IMG/VR virus record: IMGVR_UViG_3300005805_000044
Length of the DNA: 64,000 bases
Reading direction: 5' to 3' (one strand)
From: a virus
The position numbers and the translations under genes are program-made. The notes under the pieces were generated by a model. The model was not told the DNA's origin, did not search any database, and worked only from the letters and a program-made list of their open reading frames with translations. This document shows, piece by piece, positions 46,708 through 56,323 of the stretch (its first letter is position 1; each line of letters opens with the position of its first letter).

Positions 46708-48792
46708 TTATATGTCAATACTTTCCAACATCTTTTTATTCATAGTCTTAACAATATCATTAACATTATCAACGTTAACAAAATTGCTGTCTTCGCCATA
46801 CATGATCTTGAAGAAGTTGGACAATCCCTCATTTTTATATTCAGAGATGAAATAAGAAATGATCTTATAATTCGCCATTTTGATTTTGTTTACCTGCTTC
46901 TTGGTATGACGTGCAGCATCTTCGCCACTGTAACTTACAATGTAATCTGCGTTATCACCACTATAATGATAACAAGGTTCTCCATCAGAGATGTTAATAA
47001 AGTAATTCTCAGACTCAGCGTCAGCCTTTGGAATTTCCCTTAAAATTGCCTCAAATGCCAATCCTTCAGGAGTCAAACCCTCTGGATGAATATAGGCAAA
47101 CAAATTTTTGATCTTACAAATCTTATCCTTCTTGGAATCATATGCAACGACCACATAAGGAAGTTTTTCCATGGTAGCACGAAAACTAATAGTAACACGA
47201 ATATTTTCAAGCATACTAGCTGCCTTGGCAATCGCCGTGCATAGCTTCATAGTCTTGTGCCACTTAGCTCCCCTCATACTAGAACTAGCATCAACGCTAA
47301 TGTGGAAATTCATACTCTTATACTTGCTGGTCATCGTTGTATAAAAAATATTTTCTGCATCAAATCCTAACTCATGAATGATTCGCTTGTCTAGCTTACC
47401 AGTCTCACGACGACTAAACTTCTCAGTATTGATTTCATTCCGAAATTGAAGTCTGCGGCCAAGTTTGATTCCCATCGTAATACCAGCATCAACAGTCTTT
47501 TGAAGATCCACAACATTGGGAATAGAACTAATGTCCTTATATCCATAAAAAGATCGTGAAGGACCAAGGGGAAATTCCTCAGAAGTAGCAAGTTCTCTAG
47601 TAAGATTCTTGACCAAAATACACTCAATAGCGCCAACGTTGTTTTGACTGACGAGATATTCGTTACCAACGTCAACCAAATCAATCTGGCTCTTTTCAAG
47701 CACGGTCAAGATCTGGTTCTCCTTCTTGGAAACCTTCTTCTTCTTTAGATTGTGATCAACAAAATCTTTCTGTTTGGCAAATGCCTTCTGAATCTTTGTC
47801 TTCTTGGTGCTAGAGATTTTAGGATCTTCACCAATATCGTTGGTCTTTTCATCCTTCCCGGACGTATCAACAGACGTAGTATCTCCACCAAGAATGTCAT
47901 CAATAGACTTTTCTCCATCCTTACTATCACTTTGTTTGTCGTCTTGGTTACTATCAGACTTATCATTAGGTGAAGAAGGCTGGCCAGGTCCATTCTGAGT
48001 CTTCATCTTGAAGTCAGTTTCAACCTCAGTAATGTTTTTGAACATAATCAGAGCAATGTCCAAAGCACATTCAAGACGAGACTTTGCAGTAGACAGACGA
48101 CTGATGTTGGAAAGATTCAGAGTCTTGGCAATATCATACAAACCAGGCAAAGCATCCAAATCAGTGTGCTTGTTGGTAATATTGATAATACGATACATGT
48201 ATGATTCAATACTCAAAGTGCGATACAAATTACTCTTGAGACCATCATCAATTACAGCAGCATTGAAATACTTGTCATAAAGAGACTGATAGTATCCACG
48301 ATAGCCAGGAGCATTGTTGTAGATGGTATAATCAATATAACGATCCTCGACAATGTTAAACAATGTCTTACACACCTCGGCAACTTGTTCCTTGGACAGT
48401 CCAACCTTGGAAGAATACTCATAGATATCTCTAGGAATCTTCTGCCAAAGTGTCTTATACAAGTCAAAATCAGAGTAACAGATGTGGCTGCCTTCATGTA
48501 GTGCCAATCCGACAGCCACATCAAAGTTACCCTTTTCATTGATATCAGCACCAATATAAACAGTCTTACCATCAGTCATGCTTATATTTTGATCATTAAA
48601 CATGACTGGCACGTTGATACCAGTGAGAATATTAACATAATTACCCACAGCTCTGCGAGCAGCAGACAGACGAATCAGATGGGCAGTTCGTTGAGTCTGA
48701 GCATTTGAAATATCAACATCGTTGGATTCATCGGAAAAATCCCAATCAATATCATATTCATCCAACCAGAAATCACTGTGGTAATTTGACAT
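46708..48792 (-). CDS. HExxH metallopeptidase-like + vWA domain protein
   Basis: TDGK, LALHEGSH, NIVEDRYID, low-complexity linker, MIDAS DASSSM, GLTPE, ISDGEP. Confidence 0.85.
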   Translation of the reverse strand: MSNYHSDFWLDEYDIDWDFSDESNDVDISNAQTQRTAHLIRLSAARRAVGNYVNILTGINVPVMFNDQNISMTDGKTVYIGADINEKGNFDVAVGLALHEGSHICYSDFDLYKTLWQKIPRDIYEYSSKVGLSKEQVAEVCKTLFNIVEDRYIDYTIYNNAPGYRGYYQSLYDKYFNAAVIDDGLKSNLYRTLSIESYMYRIINITNKHTDLDALPGLYDIAKTLNLSNISRLSTAKSRLECALDIALIMFKNITEVETDFKMKTQNGPGQPSSPNDKSDSNQDDKQSDSKDGEKSIDDILGGDTTSVDTSGKDEKTNDIGEDPKISSTKKTKIQKAFAKQKDFVDHNLKKKKVSKKENQILTVLEKSQIDLVDVGNEYLVSQNNVGAIECILVKNLTRELATSEEFPLGPSRSFYGYKDISSIPNVVDLQKTVDAGITMGIKLGRRLQFRNEINTEKFSRRETGKLDKRIIHELGFDAENIFYTTMTSKYKSMNFHISVDASSSMRGAKWHKTMKLCTAIAKAASMLENIRVTISFRATMEKLPYVVVAYDSKKDKICKIKNLFAYIHPEGLTPEGLAFEAILREIPKADAESENYFINISDGEPCYHYSGDNADYIVSYSGEDAARHTKKQVNKIKMANYKIISYFISEYKNEGLSNFFKIMYGEDSNFVNVDNVNDIVKTMNKKMLESIDI

Positions 48793-48816
48793 ATTATTAT
48801 CTAATTAATTTTTGTA

Positions 48817-49794
48817 TTAAAACGGAGGTTGATTGGCTTCCTTGACAGGATCGTTGAACAAGTTGGTATTGGTCTCAGTCTTAACATACTTCTGAACAAG
48901 CTGTTTCATGTAGGTTCGTTCACTATCAACGCCACCATCCTCACTGAAATTAGGATAAATGGTAGTCTCGGCAATTTCAAGCAAATTAAATCCATCAACA
49001 ATAAGTTCAGCAATTTCCACCGTAGAACGAGTAGGAATAAAATTAGTGATCTTACTATCCTCCAACTTGACCTGCTTGCGAGTATGATCAGCAATATCAC
49101 AAACAGCATTCAATAAATCCAAATGATTTGTATCAGTAATGTTAAACCGTTCCTTCAACAGATTGACTTCGCTATTCTTGTCCAAAGGACTCATTTCAAT
49201 CTTGACAGGAAAACGTGAAAGAAGAGCACGATCCATAACACGGGTAGCGGTGTATTCATTACCAATATTAGCGGTAGCAATGAACGTAACACCGTCGGCA
49301 ACCTTTACCACTTCGTTGTCTTCCTTTTCATCAAGTCGAAGATAACGTTGAAGATCGTCCAAAACGGTCATAAGAATATTGACACCATCGTGATGACTAC
49401 GAGAAATTTCGTCAAGAAGAATGATGGCGTTGGGAGTGCGAATAGCCTTGACAAAACTAGATTCCTTGAAGAAGGTTCCAGTAGACTTGTCAAAATGCGT
49501 ATTTCCAATAAGAGATGCACGGGCATCTTGAGTAGCACCAAGATTAAAGTAAAAGAACTTGTTTTCCTTACCAATAACCTTTGCCACAGTCTGAGCAGCA
49601 AGAGTCTTGCCACAACCAGTGGGTCCAAGCAAAAGGATGTTCTTGCCACGAAGAGCGGAACGAACCATATACTTCCACTTAACATTATCCATGATCAAGC
49701 TTGATGGACGAAGTTCGTTGCACTTTTCAAGATATCCTTTCATATCAAAATTCTTGGACACTGTAAGATTCATTTGATTTTCTTTCTTTTTCAT
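48817..49794 (-). CDS. MoxR-class AAA+ ATPase (CbbQ/NorQ/CobS-like)
   Basis: GPTGCGKT, LLDEISR, IATAN.G..Y, DRAL..RF, STR-like PTR. Confidence 0.88.
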   Translation of the reverse strand: MKKKENQMNLTVSKNFDMKGYLEKCNELRPSSLIMDNVKWKYMVRSALRGKNILLLGPTGCGKTLAAQTVAKVIGKENKFFYFNLGATQDARASLIGNTHFDKSTGTFFKESSFVKAIRTPNAIILLDEISRSHHDGVNILMTVLDDLQRYLRLDEKEDNEVVKVADGVTFIATANIGNEYTATRVMDRALLSRFPVKIEMSPLDKNSEVNLLKERFNITDTNHLDLLNAVCDIADHTRKQVKLEDSKITNFIPTRSTVEIAELIVDGFNLLEIAETTIYPNFSEDGGVDSERTYMKQLVQKYVKTETNTNLFNDPVKEANQPPF

Positions 49795-49813
49795 ATTTGA
49801 AGTTGACTATATC

Positions 49814-49841
49814 ATCTTAACACACACTTTTTGTAAGTCAA
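49814..49841 (-). promoter_or_regulatory. Sigma70-type promoter for AAA+/vWA operon
   Basis: TTGACT-16-TAAGAT with TGn extension and AT-rich upstream tract. Confidence 0.65.
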
Positions 49842-49846
49842 CATCA

Positions 49847-49879
49847 AAATAAAAAAACCGCTGAATTTCTTCAGCGGTT
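49847..49879 (-). terminator. Rho-independent terminator
   Basis: AACCGCTGAA-GAAA-TTCAGCGGTT perfect 10-bp stem followed by T tract on minus strand. Confidence 0.85.
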
Positions 49880-49903
49880 GATTAAATTAATTATTTTTTA
49901 ATA

Positions 49904-50239
49904 TTATCTATGGCCACGGTGACGATGATGACCTCCACCTTGAGATCCGCCTACCCAAATTGTGCCTGTTACTGGAGAACGATAACAATCTTGACGATAA
50001 TAGTTTACAACTGGAATAGTGCAAACTGGTTGAACTACCACAGCTGGTGTATATACAACTTGTTGAACGACAACAGATTGCGACACAACTACTGGTTGGG
50101 AGACTACTACCGGAGCACATACAATTGATGGTGCATATGCTTGTCCAATTCCAATAAAAACACCCCAACTAAACCCACCTGCGTGTGCTGTTGATGCCAA
50201 AATTAAAGCAGCGGCGACACCAACAATTGTTTTTTTCAT
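49904..50239 (-). CDS. Secreted Pro/Val-rich protein with His/Arg tail
   Basis: Signal peptide ending AHA, PVVV repeats, GHHRHRGHR. AAGGA SD. Confidence 0.7.
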   Translation of the reverse strand: MKKTIVGVAAALILASTAHAGGFSWGVFIGIGQAYAPSIVCAPVVVSQPVVVSQSVVVQQVVYTPAVVVQPVCTIPVVNYYRQDCYRSPVTGTIWVGGSQGGGHHRHRGHR

Positions 50240-50305
50240 ATATTTCCTTTTTTATTATTGTTAATTGCTAACAAAAATTAGACGTATGATTAGAAACAAT
50301 ATTCA

Positions 50306-50665
50306 TTAATGAGGTGGTGGTGTTCCACTACCATTATTAAAAAACTTTTCTATCAAAAATGTCAACAATAACGATCCTAAAGTAGCACCCGCAGTAGCAA
50401 TTCCAGTTAAATACCATTTAAAATACTCTAAAGCAATTACTTTATTATTTACGTCAGTTAAACTTTTAGTCATGTGTGTTTCTAACTCCGTTATTCTTGT
50501 ATATAAATTTGATTCGGATTTAGAAACTTTGTCTATAACTTTTTCATTGTTTTTTTCGACGGTATCTTTTACATCATCCAACGACGTTTTAACTTCTTGT
50601 AACTCGGTTTTGAGTCCAGAAAACACTGCGTCATAACTGTTGGGATTAAATTCTCCGTCACTCAT
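50306..50665 (-). CDS. Coiled-coil protein with C-terminal TM helix (holin/XhlA-like topology)
   Basis: Heptad region then KW.LTGIATAGATLGSLLLTFL. Confidence 0.5.
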   Translation of the reverse strand: MSDGEFNPNSYDAVFSGLKTELQEVKTSLDDVKDTVEKNNEKVIDKVSKSESNLYTRITELETHMTKSLTDVNNKVIALEYFKWYLTGIATAGATLGSLLLTFLIEKFFNNGSGTPPPH

Positions 50666-50676
50666 AACAATTTATA

Positions 50677-51318
50677 TTACTTTTTACGTGCCTTACCACC
50701 TTTAGTATATTTAACTACTAATTTTGATAATCCTTTTGGTAATTTTGGTGGTTCGTATGATGGTTTTTTTGGTTTGTGATCTGATTGTTTTTCAAACTTA
50801 TCTGCTGGACGCATAGGTTCGGTTGGATCATCCTTTGCGTCATTCATTGGTTTGGCTTTTATACTCTTAACTACTTTATTATCTTTTTCTGGATCAACTA
50901 AATTTTGTTCTTCTGCTGCTTTGTCTGCTTTCTTACCACCTTCTTTATCTTTACTATTATCTACTGTTCTTTCGTAAGCATTGTCTACATAATTTAATTC
51001 TTTTGATCCAAGCCATTCTTTTACATATTTCTTAACATCTTCAAATGGAACAAACATTACCTTTTGACGTTCAACACCATCTTTGAAATACTGTAAATCA
51101 AATATATCATGAACTATAGGACGAATACTGATATGATGTGGTTCACATTGACATACATTGTAGTTGCCAGCATCATCAAAAGTAATAGGCTTTTTGATTT
51201 CTTTTGACAAAGATTCCATCATATCGGCCCATGTTCTGTCTACAGCGGTGGTTTTTTCTTCAATAACTTCTCTTACTATCTTTTTGACCGCTTTTTTGAG
51301 TTGTTCTCTATAATTCAT
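50677..51318 (-). CDS. Hypothetical protein, possibly virion-associated
   Basis: LKK.VK.IVREVIEE N-terminus, charged tail, TATTTATA box upstream. Confidence 0.6.
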   Translation of the reverse strand: MNYREQLKKAVKKIVREVIEEKTTAVDRTWADMMESLSKEIKKPITFDDAGNYNVCQCEPHHISIRPIVHDIFDLQYFKDGVERQKVMFVPFEDVKKYVKEWLGSKELNYVDNAYERTVDNSKDKEGGKKADKAAEEQNLVDPEKDNKVVKSIKAKPMNDAKDDPTEPMRPADKFEKQSDHKPKKPSYEPPKLPKGLSKLVVKYTKGGKARKK

Positions 51319-51336
51319 ACTATAATATGTTCATCA

Positions 51337-51344
51337 TATAAATA
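51337..51344 (-). promoter_or_regulatory. TATTTATA box (putative late promoter)
   Basis: Context AAACATATTTATA identical to that at 61907-61919. Confidence 0.5.
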
Positions 51345-51374
51345 TGTTTGATATTAAAAAAATGATAATATTAT

Positions 51375-52436
51375 TTATAGTTTGAATCCATCAAAAGCAT
51401 TCTCAGAAATAGTATTATCTACACCCTTTACATAACTACTCAACTCGGTTTCTTGAGGAGCCACTTGAAGCTTCTTACTATCATAATAACTGTCCAACCA
51501 TCCAGCCAGAGGATTGCTCTTAGCGTTTGGATACAACTTCTTATATCCAATACTTTGTAGTCGATTGTTACATAACCATTCAATATAGGTATTTAAACTA
51601 TCATTGGTCAATCCTACGAGGTTACCCTTACTAAATAGATAGTTAGCCCAATCCTTTTCAGCCTCTACAGCAATCTTATATGCTTCGTATACCTTATCTT
51701 CAGACTTCTTAATAATATCTTGGAAACCTTCATCCTTATTCTCCGTCAAATAACGAAGAATATTTTGGGTAATAGCAACGTGTAGGTTTTCATCGCGACT
51801 GATAAACTTAATAATCTTGGCATTACCCTCCATCTTTCCACGATAACCAAAGTAGAAGCTACAAGCGAATGACACATAGAACACCAAACCTTCAGTGATC
51901 TGTGTTGCGAGAATAGCATCAAAGATCTGTTGACGAATATCATCCTTATCAGTTGCCAATAGAGCATCATACTTTTCACTAATAGCCTTGGCTCTCTTGA
52001 CAATTTCTTTATCTTCAAGAATACTATCAAAAAACTTGGTAGCATCTGGATACACATTGTTCAAAATATAGGTGTAACTGTTGCTATGGATGGTTTCAAA
52101 GAAACTCCAAGTGTTCATACAAATCTCTAGTTCTGGATTTGTTACATATTTCATCATCTGGTGAATACTACGACTTAACATACTGTCGGTCATAGTTTGA
52201 AACTTGAGATTACTATCAAATACAAATCGTTCTTCATCAGACAAATTCTTATAGTCTGCAATGTCTTTGACCAAACTAACTTCCTGCGGTCTCCAAAAGA
52301 AATTCAACTGTTGATCATATAGATCGTAGAATTTAGGATACTTTTGTTTGTCATATCGTTGCAGCGACAAATCATCTCCTAAAAAGATAGGATTTTTAGT
52401 TACGTCAATGTTGGATTTATTCAATACGGTTTTCAT
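51375..52436 (-). CDS. nrdB: Ribonucleotide reductase class Ia beta subunit
   Basis: FFWRPQEV, TDS, ETIHSNSY (radical Tyr), EG..FY.SF, RDENLH, APQE. ATG 52436. Confidence 0.95.
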   Translation of the reverse strand: MKTVLNKSNIDVTKNPIFLGDDLSLQRYDKQKYPKFYDLYDQQLNFFWRPQEVSLVKDIADYKNLSDEERFVFDSNLKFQTMTDSMLSRSIHQMMKYVTNPELEICMNTWSFFETIHSNSYTYILNNVYPDATKFFDSILEDKEIVKRAKAISEKYDALLATDKDDIRQQIFDAILATQITEGLVFYVSFACSFYFGYRGKMEGNAKIIKFISRDENLHVAITQNILRYLTENKDEGFQDIIKKSEDKVYEAYKIAVEAEKDWANYLFSKGNLVGLTNDSLNTYIEWLCNNRLQSIGYKKLYPNAKSNPLAGWLDSYYDSKKLQVAPQETELSSYVKGVDNTISENAFDGFKL

Positions 52437-52450
52437 ATGTAGTTTTTCTA

Positions 52451-54748
52451 TTATAGGGCACATGCTCCACTAGCACAACCACTTTCTTGTTCAATAGTTG
52501 GTTCTTGTTTTGTTACTTCAGACTTCTTTTCTTCCATTGCGGTTTGTTTATCACCATCATCAGTATTGGCATAATACAAATTCTTAATACCATACTTGTA
52601 AGCCAACAACATATCTTTAATTACTTCTTGAACTGGCACCTTGTTACTAGGATATCTTGAAGGAACATAATATGTGTTTGTGGAAATGCTCATATCAGTA
52701 AACTTCTGAATAGCAGCAGCAATCTTTAAATAACCATCATTGTCAGGCATATCAAAAGCAAAGGTATAGTTTTCTTTAAACTTATCAATACCAGGCACAA
52801 CTACAGGCAGGATGTTACTCTTACTGCCTTTAAAACTGATAGCACTACGAGGAGGTTCAATACCATTAGTAGAACTCTGAATAACACTACTTGATTCGAC
52901 AGGCATACATGCAGTCAATGTTGAATGACGCATTCCATGTTTCTTGATTTCTTCACGCAGACCTTCCCAATCCATGTGTAGTTTCTCTGTAATAAATTCA
53001 TCAACATCTTTCTTATAAGTGTCAATAGGGAGAATGCCCAAATTAAACTTGGTCTTGTCAAACTTCTCACACTTACCAAGTTCTTTTGCCATTTGAACAC
53101 TAGCTTCAATCAAGTAATAACTTTGTTTTTCCATCATCTTGGCAACAACATTAGGTGCTTTCTTATCCCAATACTTATATCCTTCACGGGCAAGATAAGC
53201 AGCCAAGTTACTTACACCAACGCCAAGACTACGACGTTTCTTAGCAAAGTTTTCAGCAGCAGGCACAAAATAATTCTGATGTTCAATTAAAGCGTCCAAC
53301 ATTCTAACAATAACATCACAAACACTCTTCATTTCATCATCGTCCTTGATTTCAAGCCAATTTACAGCGGCCAAAATACAAACACCAATTTCACCATTTG
53401 GATCATTGACATCAGTAATAGGAATCAATGGATGATTAACTTCCAAACATAGATTACTAGTATCAACTTGTTCAGTCCAACTACCGTGATCATTTGCGTG
53501 ATCAACAAACATAGTATAAATACGACCAGTCTCAAGACGTTCTTTTGCCAACAAACCAATTAGTTCACGAGCAGGAATCTTCTTCTTGAATTTAATATTT
53601 TTATTAGCCTCAGCCTTTTCATACAACTCTTTGAAGTTTGAAAAACCAAAGCTATTCCACAAACTAGGACATTCATGATAACTAAACAATGTAACATCCT
53701 TGTTCTGTAGGAAACGTTCAAAGATCAACTTATCAAGACCAATACAATAATCAAGCTTGCGAACACGATTGTCATCAGTTCCTGCATTGTTCTTCAACAC
53801 CATGATATCCATAATGTCATAATGAAACCAAGCAAAATTGACGGTTGCACTACCACCACGAATACCATTCTGATGACAACACTTTACAGTGGACTCAAAA
53901 GCCTTAGCAAAAGGAATTGGACCGGTATGAATCACTTCGCCGTTACGAATTGGTGCATTGGTAGCACGCAAACGACTCAAATTAAGTCCAATACCATAGC
54001 GAGATGCAGTGGCAAATCCAACTGCACTATTGTTACTAAAAATACTCTTCAACGTATCATCAACAGTAAACAAACTACAAGAAGCATAACTCTTCATTGG
54101 AGTTCTAACACCAGCCATAATTGGGGTAGGAAGATTAATTTTATGTTTACTGAAGTAGTTGTAAGCTTTCTTAACATAATCAAGTCTGTGATCTTTGTAG
54201 TCCTTGAAAAATGTCATGGCAATCAACATATAAGCAAACTGTGGAGTCTCATAAATCTTCTTGGTAGATCTATTTTGAACCAAGTATTTATCACACAATT
54301 GTTTAATTCCAGCGTAAGTGAAATTAAAATCACGATCATGTTTCAGATATTCATCCAACTTATCAAACTCTTGCTTTGAATACCAATTTAAGATTTCATC
54401 ATCATAAACCATGTGGCCAATGTTAGCCTTGACAAGATCATACAATTTAGGAGGATTCTTTCCACCCCAAACTTCTTTTCTCAAATGATAATTCAACAAT
54501 CGTGAAGCAACATATTGATAGTTAGGTTTTTCCTCACTAATCAAATTGGCAGCTGCTTCAATCAACATGGCATGAATATCTTTTGAAGACATTCCATCAA
54601 AGAAACTGAGATGTGCATTCATCGCAACTTCTTCAAAACCAACACCTTTTATATCTTCGGTAGACCATTGCAAAACTTTATTGATTTTGTCTGCATTGAA
54701 TTTTTCTACCTTTCCACTACGCTTCTTAATAAAAATCTCTTTATTCAT
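52451..54748 (-). CDS. nrdA: Ribonucleotide reductase class Ia alpha subunit with ATP cone
   Basis: IKKRSG ATP cone, PTPIMAG, ASC, SNLCLE, VCIL, MP.ESSS, LYY, C-terminal CASGAC. Confidence 0.96.
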   Translation of the reverse strand: MNKEIFIKKRSGKVEKFNADKINKVLQWSTEDIKGVGFEEVAMNAHLSFFDGMSSKDIHAMLIEAAANLISEEKPNYQYVASRLLNYHLRKEVWGGKNPPKLYDLVKANIGHMVYDDEILNWYSKQEFDKLDEYLKHDRDFNFTYAGIKQLCDKYLVQNRSTKKIYETPQFAYMLIAMTFFKDYKDHRLDYVKKAYNYFSKHKINLPTPIMAGVRTPMKSYASCSLFTVDDTLKSIFSNNSAVGFATASRYGIGLNLSRLRATNAPIRNGEVIHTGPIPFAKAFESTVKCCHQNGIRGGSATVNFAWFHYDIMDIMVLKNNAGTDDNRVRKLDYCIGLDKLIFERFLQNKDVTLFSYHECPSLWNSFGFSNFKELYEKAEANKNIKFKKKIPARELIGLLAKERLETGRIYTMFVDHANDHGSWTEQVDTSNLCLEVNHPLIPITDVNDPNGEIGVCILAAVNWLEIKDDDEMKSVCDVIVRMLDALIEHQNYFVPAAENFAKKRRSLGVGVSNLAAYLAREGYKYWDKKAPNVVAKMMEKQSYYLIEASVQMAKELGKCEKFDKTKFNLGILPIDTYKKDVDEFITEKLHMDWEGLREEIKKHGMRHSTLTACMPVESSSVIQSSTNGIEPPRSAISFKGSKSNILPVVVPGIDKFKENYTFAFDMPDNDGYLKIAAAIQKFTDMSISTNTYYVPSRYPSNKVPVQEVIKDMLLAYKYGIKNLYYANTDDGDKQTAMEEKKSEVTKQEPTIEQESGCASGACAL

Positions 54749-54766
54749 AAATTTGTTACAATGGTG

Positions 54767-54773
54767 ATAAATA
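54767..54773 (-). promoter_or_regulatory. TATTTAT box upstream of nrdA
   Basis: 18 nt before ATG 54748. Confidence 0.4.
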
Positions 54774-54793
54774 ACTATGACTTAAAAATGCCT

Positions 54794-54848
54794 TCGTGAA
54801 CGATCTGACAAATAATTTTTTAAACTTTTTTTGACAGGTTTTTCACGA
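54794..54848. repeat. Imperfect ungapped inverted repeat between gp41 and nrdA
   Basis: 22-bp arms 54794-54815 and 54827-54848 with 17 Watson-Crick pairs. Confidence 0.5.
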
Positions 54849-54862
54849 TGACATACTATGAA

Positions 54863-56248
54863 TTATTCTTCATCCTCATCAGTGTTGTGTGCATTCCATT
54901 TGTTCTTCAAAATCTTCTTGACTTGGTTTTCACCATCCATCATTTCATTTTGAAGAGCCATACCTTCACGACTATTTTCAGCATAAATCTCAATTTGACC
55001 ACATCCTGCGTTCATTTTGCTTGGGAATGTCAAACCATCTGGGCCGAAACGATTTTTGATAATGTGAAAACGTGCAGTGTGGTTGACTTTATCGGTAACT
55101 TTACGACTTAGACTCATTACAAAGTCGGCAGTCATGATCTTACGATAACTATCTGCGATATTGTTTGCCTGAATAATATCCTCATCCATAGCTGCTCTAT
55201 TTGACTGTGAAGCACTCCAAATAGGCACTTGAAGTTCGCCTGCAATACTTCGAAGTTCTTCATAAATACCACCAGCTTCTTGATAACTGTTACTATTGCG
55301 ATCACTGTGAATTGGTCGAAGAATATCAGCATAATCAACAATAATCATATCAATTTTGGTTCCAAGTGTATGAATACGTTCACAATGTGCCTTCAAACTA
55401 TGAGCTGATACCGTCTTGATTGGGAAATACTTGATCTTTAACTTACCAGGCACTTCGTTGATCTTTTGTTTAACAACATCAACATTGTTACGAATATTCT
55501 GGAAGTCGATACCAGTGAAACAACTGTCATATCGAAGACCAACATAATTCTCGTTCAACTCAAGAGTAAAATGTAAAACATTCTTACCTTGTTTCATTGC
55601 TTCCGCACCCAACTTAGACAATACCCAACTCTTACCACTACCTGCACATGCAGTAATAATACCAAGTTCGCCAGGTCCAAGACCACCATCCATAAGTGCA
55701 TCAATTACTTCCCAATTGGTCTTGATTGAATTTCTTGCCATCACAGTCATACGTTTCTCAACGTCTTCTTCATATGAATGACCAAGATTACGTTCCATAC
55801 CAGCCTTAAGAGCTTCATCAACCTTGCTCTTGATCTTTTCATACTCACCAGTCACCAACAAATCAACTGCTTCATTGATGGCATTCTTCAACTTTTGATT
55901 CTTACAGAATTCCAAGAACTGTTCCTTGATATAAGTCAAGTCACCATCATTCATCTTTTGATATACCACCTTGAGATTGTTGACGATACTTGCCTTTAAA
56001 GCTTCATTGGTCACAGACTCAAGTTGAACCTTGAATACATTTAGAGTAGGCAAATCACGATATTCATTAAAATAACTGATACTCTGTTTTACAATCCAAC
56101 GATGTGCTTCATTTTCAAAGAATTCTGGTTCAACAATATCTGTCAAACGTTCGATGAATGGTCTATCAGATACAAGACCAGAGATGCACTTGATTTGAAA
56201 TTCACTTCCAAACTTCTTTAGGTTATCAATAATAATTTTCTCGCTCAT
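54863..56248 (-). CDS. gp41: Replicative DnaB-like helicase (gp41-like)
   Basis: AGSGKS, TLEL, IVDYADIL, SASQSNR, KNRFG. Confidence 0.92.
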   Translation of the reverse strand: MSEKIIIDNLKKFGSEFQIKCISGLVSDRPFIERLTDIVEPEFFENEAHRWIVKQSISYFNEYRDLPTLNVFKVQLESVTNEALKASIVNNLKVVYQKMNDGDLTYIKEQFLEFCKNQKLKNAINEAVDLLVTGEYEKIKSKVDEALKAGMERNLGHSYEEDVEKRMTVMARNSIKTNWEVIDALMDGGLGPGELGIITACAGSGKSWVLSKLGAEAMKQGKNVLHFTLELNENYVGLRYDSCFTGIDFQNIRNNVDVVKQKINEVPGKLKIKYFPIKTVSAHSLKAHCERIHTLGTKIDMIIVDYADILRPIHSDRNSNSYQEAGGIYEELRSIAGELQVPIWSASQSNRAAMDEDIIQANNIADSYRKIMTADFVMSLSRKVTDKVNHTARFHIIKNRFGPDGLTFPSKMNAGCGQIEIYAENSREGMALQNEMMDGENQVKKILKNKWNAHNTDEDEE

Positions 56249-56271
56249 TGGTTAATTCTTTCGATGTGACT

Positions 56272-56300
56272 ATGCTACACTACATGCGTAGCTTCATCAA
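56272..56300 (-). promoter_or_regulatory. Sigma70-type promoter for helicase
   Basis: TTGATG-17-TAGCAT. Confidence 0.4.
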
Positions 56301-56323
56301 TTTTTTATAAACTGTTTGTTTTG

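Noticed and set aside
53822-54379. 185-aa antisense ORF inside nrdA, and the many other 60-136 aa shadow ORFs in the track
   Set aside because: They lie opposite or out of frame within well-supported genes, lack motifs, and are expected from codon bias.
54831-55111. Plus-strand TTGACA promoter and 87-aa ORF antisense to the helicase
   Set aside because: The -10 spacing is poor, the TTGACA is part of the palindrome arm, and the ORF is a shadow of gp41.
28303-56248. Inteins or group I introns in gp43, nrdA, nrdB or helicase
   Set aside because: ORFs are uninterrupted and of normal length, with no intein-like termini or homing endonuclease motifs seen.
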